44,938 nt of DNA from a virus (Duplodnaviria > Caudoviricetes), in the IMG/VR virus record IMGVR_UViG_3300032225_001931, positions 1 through 44,938 of that record, one strand, 5' to 3'. Position numbers and translations under genes: made by a program. Positions 40,314-44,938 of this stretch are shown one piece after another. The notes beneath the pieces are model-generated. The model worked only from the letters and a program-made list of their open reading frames with translations, was not told where the DNA came from and ran no database searches. Each line of letters begins with the position of its first letter. Position 1 is the first letter of the stretch.

Positions 40314-42251
40314 ATGACTATAGGAATACTAACTCCATTACAGATGATTGCCGGTGCCACACTGAGCAATAATACCGGAGTGAGTGTTGCTAACACATGG
40401 ACAGCAGCATATAGTGCGTATAGTAGCACTTCTCTGATCTCAACATATTTTACCGCAGTGAATGCTGCATATTCTAATACCGCTGCAAATATCTCCGCTG
40501 GCACACTCAGTTACATGGTCACATTTTGCACCGGCACTGTGCCTGCATTGGCCGACAACACTCCTGCAGCCTATTCCGGTTTGGGAACTAATGCTTTGTC
40601 AGGATTCACAGGCATAATCAACTCACAAGCAAATCAAGATCTCGGCAATGGCAGCACGACAGTTTTTGCTCAAATATTCCCGGCTGCACAGTCATATGTG
40701 GTTGCCACAAACGATTACATCAACAGCAGCATCAACAGCCAGACTTATCTTGGATCAACATTCACCAGCATGAATAGTTTGATCACTGGCAGTTTGACTG
40801 ATGTGACATTGGCTATGGAAACATTTGGTGCTGATCTCACAGCACTGGGCAATCTAATTGATCTTGACAACCTGGGTAATTTTGGTTCACCGGCAGCATT
40901 GTTACGCCAGTTAAGCACACTGACCAGTCTTACTCCAGGAGTAAACTCTGCATTGATTCAAGCAGGACTTACAAATGACAATATCTCACAGCTCACTGAT
41001 TCCAGCGTAAACGTAAGTGACAGTTATCAACGTCTGGCATACTTGGGTATGAAGAATGTTACTGGCACAGAACTAACGCAGGTGTTGGCCATATTTGGAG
41101 TGACCACACCTTATATCAAGACCATGGCGGATCTGTTGAATCCGGCAAAGATATTTCCAAACAGTTATCCCAGTCTCACAGTGAGAACCTACAATCAAAA
41201 CATCACATCGGTGTTGCGAGCAATATATGATAACAACCAGGCCACAGTGAATTCTAAGTTGTTGCTGTATCTTCCACAGTTTGTGTTGACCCAAGGTAAT
41301 CTCACAACCATACCATATCAGAGACTGGCGAGAATTGTGCCATCAGATCAAGCCCTGGCATCCAAGGCTATCCAGGTCAGTCTACAACAGATTAAAAATA
41401 TCAGCAGTCTTAGTTTGCCTCAATTGGCCACAGCATTCAGCAACATGGAGACCACTAGAGATCTTCCTGCTATATCTGCGTTACAACAAGCTGTGCCTGC
41501 ATCGGTAGCGGCATTCTATGCTGCGGATTATGCCACAGGCACTGGCCCCAATGGCACCTTGGTGTTGACAGATCTGATAGGAGCAGCAGTAGGCATACCC
41601 TATACTTCGGATCTTACCAATGTGACCACTACTATCAATTCCATGAACACAGCAGGCATATTTGGCACATTGATTGTGACTTATAACAGGATGACAGCCA
41701 CGGTGAATGGCGATTACAATGTGGGCAATCTCGGTAATGTGGTTATTCCTCCCGGACCGGGTGCAGGATCATACGGCAACAGAGATGCGGCGTTGAATGC
41801 ATTGATCAGTAATGCTGCGTCCGAAGTATCCAGCATCCAGGGTGCGTATCCTGCACAGAGTGGCAACCTTAATACTAATTTTACAGATATGGCTGCAAGC
41901 CTAACTCTTGAGAGAACCAATCTATCATTGGCCACTATCGACATCCCAAACTTGCCAACCACAGGTCGCGGACCTGTATTGGGATTTGTGCAAAACTTAC
42001 CCATCTATGGTCAGAACACTGAGAAAAATGGACCTAGCCAATTCCTTGAAACTGTGGCTGATCTCAACACACAAGGCGGCCAGGCCATCGTGGCATGTTT
42101 AAGAGAGGGGCGTAATGCTGCGTTCCTTAATGCTGTAAATATAGGGTTGGATACATCTATTCCTGTTGCACCAACTGAGATTCCACCACAGGCAAATTTA
42201 ATTCCTTCTACCTATTCTGAGGCAGAAGCAGCCAATTTGGTCGTAAAATAG
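40314..42251 (+). CDS. putative virion structural protein
   Basis: 645 aa rich in T/N/S/A/G, directly after PAAR. Confidence 0.6.
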   Translation: MTIGILTPLQMIAGATLSNNTGVSVANTWTAAYSAYSSTSLISTYFTAVNAAYSNTAANISAGTLSYMVTFCTGTVPALADNTPAAYSGLGTNALSGFTGIINSQANQDLGNGSTTVFAQIFPAAQSYVVATNDYINSSINSQTYLGSTFTSMNSLITGSLTDVTLAMETFGADLTALGNLIDLDNLGNFGSPAALLRQLSTLTSLTPGVNSALIQAGLTNDNISQLTDSSVNVSDSYQRLAYLGMKNVTGTELTQVLAIFGVTTPYIKTMADLLNPAKIFPNSYPSLTVRTYNQNITSVLRAIYDNNQATVNSKLLLYLPQFVLTQGNLTTIPYQRLARIVPSDQALASKAIQVSLQQIKNISSLSLPQLATAFSNMETTRDLPAISALQQAVPASVAAFYAADYATGTGPNGTLVLTDLIGAAVGIPYTSDLTNVTTTINSMNTAGIFGTLIVTYNRMTATVNGDYNVGNLGNVVIPPGPGAGSYGNRDAALNALISNAASEVSSIQGAYPAQSGNLNTNFTDMAASLTLERTNLSLATIDIPNLPTTGRGPVLGFVQNLPIYGQNTEKNGPSQFLETVADLNTQGGQAIVACLREGRNAAFLNAVNIGLDTSIPVAPTEIPPQANLIPSTYSEAEAANLVVK

Positions 42252-42326
42252 CAAGGATATCAGTATTATTACTAAGTAATGTTGTGCCACAAGCACACCT
42301 AACAATTTTTAAAAAGGAAAAACTTC

Positions 42327-43226
42327 ATGAAGAAATATGCTTTACTCTTGGCCCTGGCATTGGCCGCAAGTGCTGTATCAGCACAAACCGCTCCCCAAGT
42401 CAGTGTCTATGGCAAAGTTCGCGTGTATGAAGAATCATACACACTAGGCACCGCTAGTCCTCTTACTCGCTTAACTAATGATACCAGCCGACTGGGATTT
42501 AAGGCCACCGGTGATGTTGGTAGTGGTATTACTGCTACTGCCATTCTTGAAACTGGTGTGGCCGTAGATGCTCCAAGTGCCACCACACTGGGCGATCGTA
42601 CTGCTCGATTTGACCTCAGCAACGATCTAGGTTCTGTGGGCATGGGTCGCGACAAGCACTCAGTAGCTCGTGCATTGGATAACTTCGATGTGTTTGGTAA
42701 TGTGTATGGCACCATTGTGGGCACTGTGCATAATGCACAAAGCTCACGTGTTCAAAACGCGCTGTTTGTGAGCACCGCACCTGTGATGGGATTCAGTGCC
42801 AACTATCAGTTGGCCAACAGCGAAGTCGCTGGCACAGCCAATACCACAGCAGGCAGCATCGACTACACACACGGTCCATTCTCGGCCACATTTGCACGTT
42901 TTGATGATGGTATCTCTAGCTCCAGCAATATCGTTGGTGTGAAATACAATCTGGCTAGCACAGGAACCACTGTGTTTGGTTTATACAGCTACGACGTAGC
43001 ATCCAACGTGAGCACAACCGGTAAGAGCATTGGTGTAAGCCAAGCAATCACCGGCCAATTATCTGTATTGGGCAACTACGGCGAAACCGATACTGGCAAA
43101 ACCGGACGCGGAGTTGGTGTGCGTTATGATATGAACAAGGCCTTGGCTTTCCATGCTCGTTACAGCTTCATTGACACAACCACAGATGTCACACAATACG
43201 GTGTAGGCGTAGAATACAGCTTCTAA
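42327..43226 (+). CDS. Gram-negative outer-membrane porin
   Basis: Signal peptide (MKKYALLLALALAASAVSA), VSVYG, SRLGFK and amphipathic strands. Ends in GVEYSF with terminal Phe. Confidence 0.88.
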   Translation: MKKYALLLALALAASAVSAQTAPQVSVYGKVRVYEESYTLGTASPLTRLTNDTSRLGFKATGDVGSGITATAILETGVAVDAPSATTLGDRTARFDLSNDLGSVGMGRDKHSVARALDNFDVFGNVYGTIVGTVHNAQSSRVQNALFVSTAPVMGFSANYQLANSEVAGTANTTAGSIDYTHGPFSATFARFDDGISSSSNIVGVKYNLASTGTTVFGLYSYDVASNVSTTGKSIGVSQAITGQLSVLGNYGETDTGKTGRGVGVRYDMNKALAFHARYSFIDTTTDVTQYGVGVEYSF

Positions 43227-43245
43227 ATTGTCTAACCAACAATGG

Positions 43246-43271
43246 AAAACCCTGCCAGGCAGGGTTTTTTT
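43246..43271. terminator. intrinsic (probably bidirectional) terminator
   Basis: AAAACCCTGC-CAG-GCAGGGTTTT(TTT) between convergent genes. Confidence 0.8.
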
Positions 43272-43282
43272 GTGGAATTGAT

Positions 43283-43978
43283 TTAGCGCCGCAGGAAACT
43301 GCGTTTGATTAGATCTTGGATTGAATTTAGATCACAGCCAATGTCTAGCACTATGCGATGTTGATCTCCACGATTTATCACCCAATGGGGATATCGATAA
43401 TTGTTGATCAAAAAAACATCACCTTGCTGTATGGGAACATTACCCCAATCTAGAAATCCAAACTCGCAATCATTGGGCCAGGTCACAGCCGCGTATATCT
43501 TGTTTAGACGTTTATCTCCTGTGCATAGATCATAGTGGGGCAGTAGATATCCGTAAGGACCTAATACATAATAACTCACAAGATTGATAGCATCATCATC
43601 CAAGAATGAATTTATCCATTTTCTTACTGGGTGATCATCTCCAATATGCCATCCAAACTCTACATCATTCCTGTATTTTTTACTTAACCCATCTTCATCT
43701 TCACTGCTGTCGGATGCAATTATGTCAGCCCACTGGTTCCAGTTGGTTGGGCCAAACAGGACTTTTCCGTCCCAGATATGATAGTTAGGGATTTCTGGAG
43801 GTTTTTCACCCCACAGGTCATGCCATCCGTTACTTGCAGCAATAGCATCATTTAATACTTGGGAAGGAAACTGTGGGATTGCAAGATCCAACTTTAACCA
43901 CGGCATGCCAGATGACAGTATTGAATCTAACTGTAAGCAATTTTCTTTGCTGAGATCATTTAGTAATTTTTTAGTCAT
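43283..43978 (-). CDS. 2OG-Fe(II) oxygenase / Asp-Asn beta-hydroxylase-like protein
   Basis: LGPYGYLLPHYD (HxD) and HWVINRGDQHRI (distal His and Arg). Confidence 0.65.
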   Translation of the reverse strand: MTKKLLNDLSKENCLQLDSILSSGMPWLKLDLAIPQFPSQVLNDAIAASNGWHDLWGEKPPEIPNYHIWDGKVLFGPTNWNQWADIIASDSSEDEDGLSKKYRNDVEFGWHIGDDHPVRKWINSFLDDDAINLVSYYVLGPYGYLLPHYDLCTGDKRLNKIYAAVTWPNDCEFGFLDWGNVPIQQGDVFLINNYRYPHWVINRGDQHRIVLDIGCDLNSIQDLIKRSFLRR

Positions 43979-44396
43979 TAGGATTTTTCAATTTGGTTCT
44001 AAAATGCCATATGGGTAAATAAATCTCCAATTCATATACTCCATTGAGATCAAATCGTGTGCCTGGGCAATAATAACGTGGACTAGATCGATGATCAAAA
44101 TCAATATCATCGTAATCAGGATATTGTTTTCCCAACAAGATCACACTGTCTAGTCGTATGTGATCTAGTTCTATGTTGGTCATGTGTAACCATGTAGGCA
44201 AAGGATCGTCCCAACCCTTGCCTGAAAATCGAACTACCAAAGTATCAAATGGTTTGAATTTTAGATCACATATTATTTTACCCGCGCCCGACTGGACTTC
44301 TTGCACATGAGAAAATCTTTCAAATCTTGTGCCCACAGATATTTTGGGGGTGCATCCGTTTATTTCTGAGATGTAATCTATCTCTACATGGGTCAT
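43971..44396 (-). CDS. hypothetical protein
   Basis: Start moved to ATG 44396, preceded by TATATA-N5. Confidence 0.6.
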   Translation of the reverse strand: MTHVEIDYISEINGCTPKISVGTRFERFSHVQEVQSGAGKIICDLKFKPFDTLVVRFSGKGWDDPLPTWLHMTNIELDHIRLDSVILLGKQYPDYDDIDFDHRSSPRYYCPGTRFDLNGVYELEIYLPIWHFRTKLKNPND

Positions 44397-44480
44397 AAGT
44401 GTATATATTCCAACCAGACGTGCCAACAAACAATTACAACTTTTTATGGTAGAATTGCAACAATCGTTGTGATTTTTTGA

Positions 44481-44509
44481 TTGACCAGTATTGCCCAAAC
44501 TGCTATAAT
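44481..44509 (+). promoter_or_regulatory. sigma70-type early promoter
   Basis: TTGACC-N17-TATAAT with extended -10. Confidence 0.8.
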
Positions 44510-44538
44510 ATGGGCATGTTCAGTAAAAAGGACTCAAG

Positions 44539-44625
44539 ATGTTTTTTTTAGGATTGCTGGTTGGTATCGTAGTTGGTGCTTATCTAATGATTGTTGTAAT
44601 CGTCCATACTCACTATTTGGGGTAA
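44539..44625 (+). CDS. 28-aa membrane peptide
   Basis: AAGGA Shine-Dalgarno. MFFLGLLVGIVVGAYLMIVVIVHTHYLG. Confidence 0.5.
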   Translation: MFFLGLLVGIVVGAYLMIVVIVHTHYLG

Positions 44626-44631
44626 TCAAAA

Positions 44632-44802
44632 ATGAGCAAAATGTCTGACCTATACATGGAAGTGGAAACCATGTTGAACGAGGGCGAGCACCCTGCCCGC
44701 ATCGCTCGTCGCTTGGGCGTGCCTTTGGGCATGGTTTATGATGTGCTGGAAAGCATGCCAGCCGACGATGAAATCGCAACTGAAGTTGGTGAAATCGGTT
44801 GA
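44632..44802 (+). CDS. 56-aa protein with HTH-like segment
   Basis: MSKMSDLYMEVETMLNEGEHPARIARRLGVPLGMVYDVLESM... Confidence 0.6.
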   Translation: MSKMSDLYMEVETMLNEGEHPARIARRLGVPLGMVYDVLESMPADDEIATEVGEIG

Positions 44803-44827
44803 CCCGTATTGTTCAAACTGCTATAAT
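44799..44827 (+). promoter_or_regulatory. sigma70-type early promoter (near-copy of 44481-44510)
   Basis: TTGACC-N17-TATAAT with extended -10. Confidence 0.8.
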
Positions 44828-44860
44828 ACACACATAGACAGCAACAAACAGGAGTTCCAA

Positions 44861-44938
44861 ATGCAAGTTACTATTGACATCCCCAAAAAAGTTCTAAACA
44901 ACATCAAACGATCTGCCGAGGTTTACGGCAATGTGACC
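44861..44938 (+). CDS. hypothetical protein (3'-truncated)
   Basis: AGGAG Shine-Dalgarno. MQVTIDIPKKVLNNIKRSAEVYGNVT runs off the window. Confidence 0.6.
   Translation, partial: MQVTIDIPKKVLNNIKRSAEVYGNVT

Overview
This is a 45-kb segment of a large T4-like (myovirus-type) bacteriophage genome, not a cellular chromosome. The porin gene hints at a Betaproteobacterial host. It carries T4-style replication and recombination genes: gp32-like SSB, UvsX, UvsY, UvsW, a gp62-like clamp-loader subunit, primase, a gp41/DnaB-like helicase and a PD-(D/E)XK exonuclease. There is a ~10-kb glycan-modification island (GDP-mannose 4,6-dehydratase, about 8 glycosyltransferase-like genes and 3 methyltransferase-like genes), plus class I ribonucleotide reductase and a glutaredoxin. 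Auxiliary genes include IscU, IscA, a radical SAM protein, a porin and a 2OG-Fe(II)-like oxygenase, and there are virion genes (PAAR, tail and baseplate candidates). Four observations stand out. (1) A 650-aa protein fuses a PolX/Pol-beta-like nucleotidyltransferase to a KxDG ligase-like domain and shows signs of being packaged in the head. (2) A 189-aa stand-alone 'mini-DnaE' keeps the C-family catalytic motifs. (3) Many genes appear to be leaderless, with TAnnTA-N4-6-ATG or sigma70 -10-N6-ATG, including one palindromic hexamer shared by two divergent genes 17 bp apart. (4) A promoter-supported gene after uvsW contains an in-frame TAG. All product calls come from motif recognition by eye; no database searches were run.
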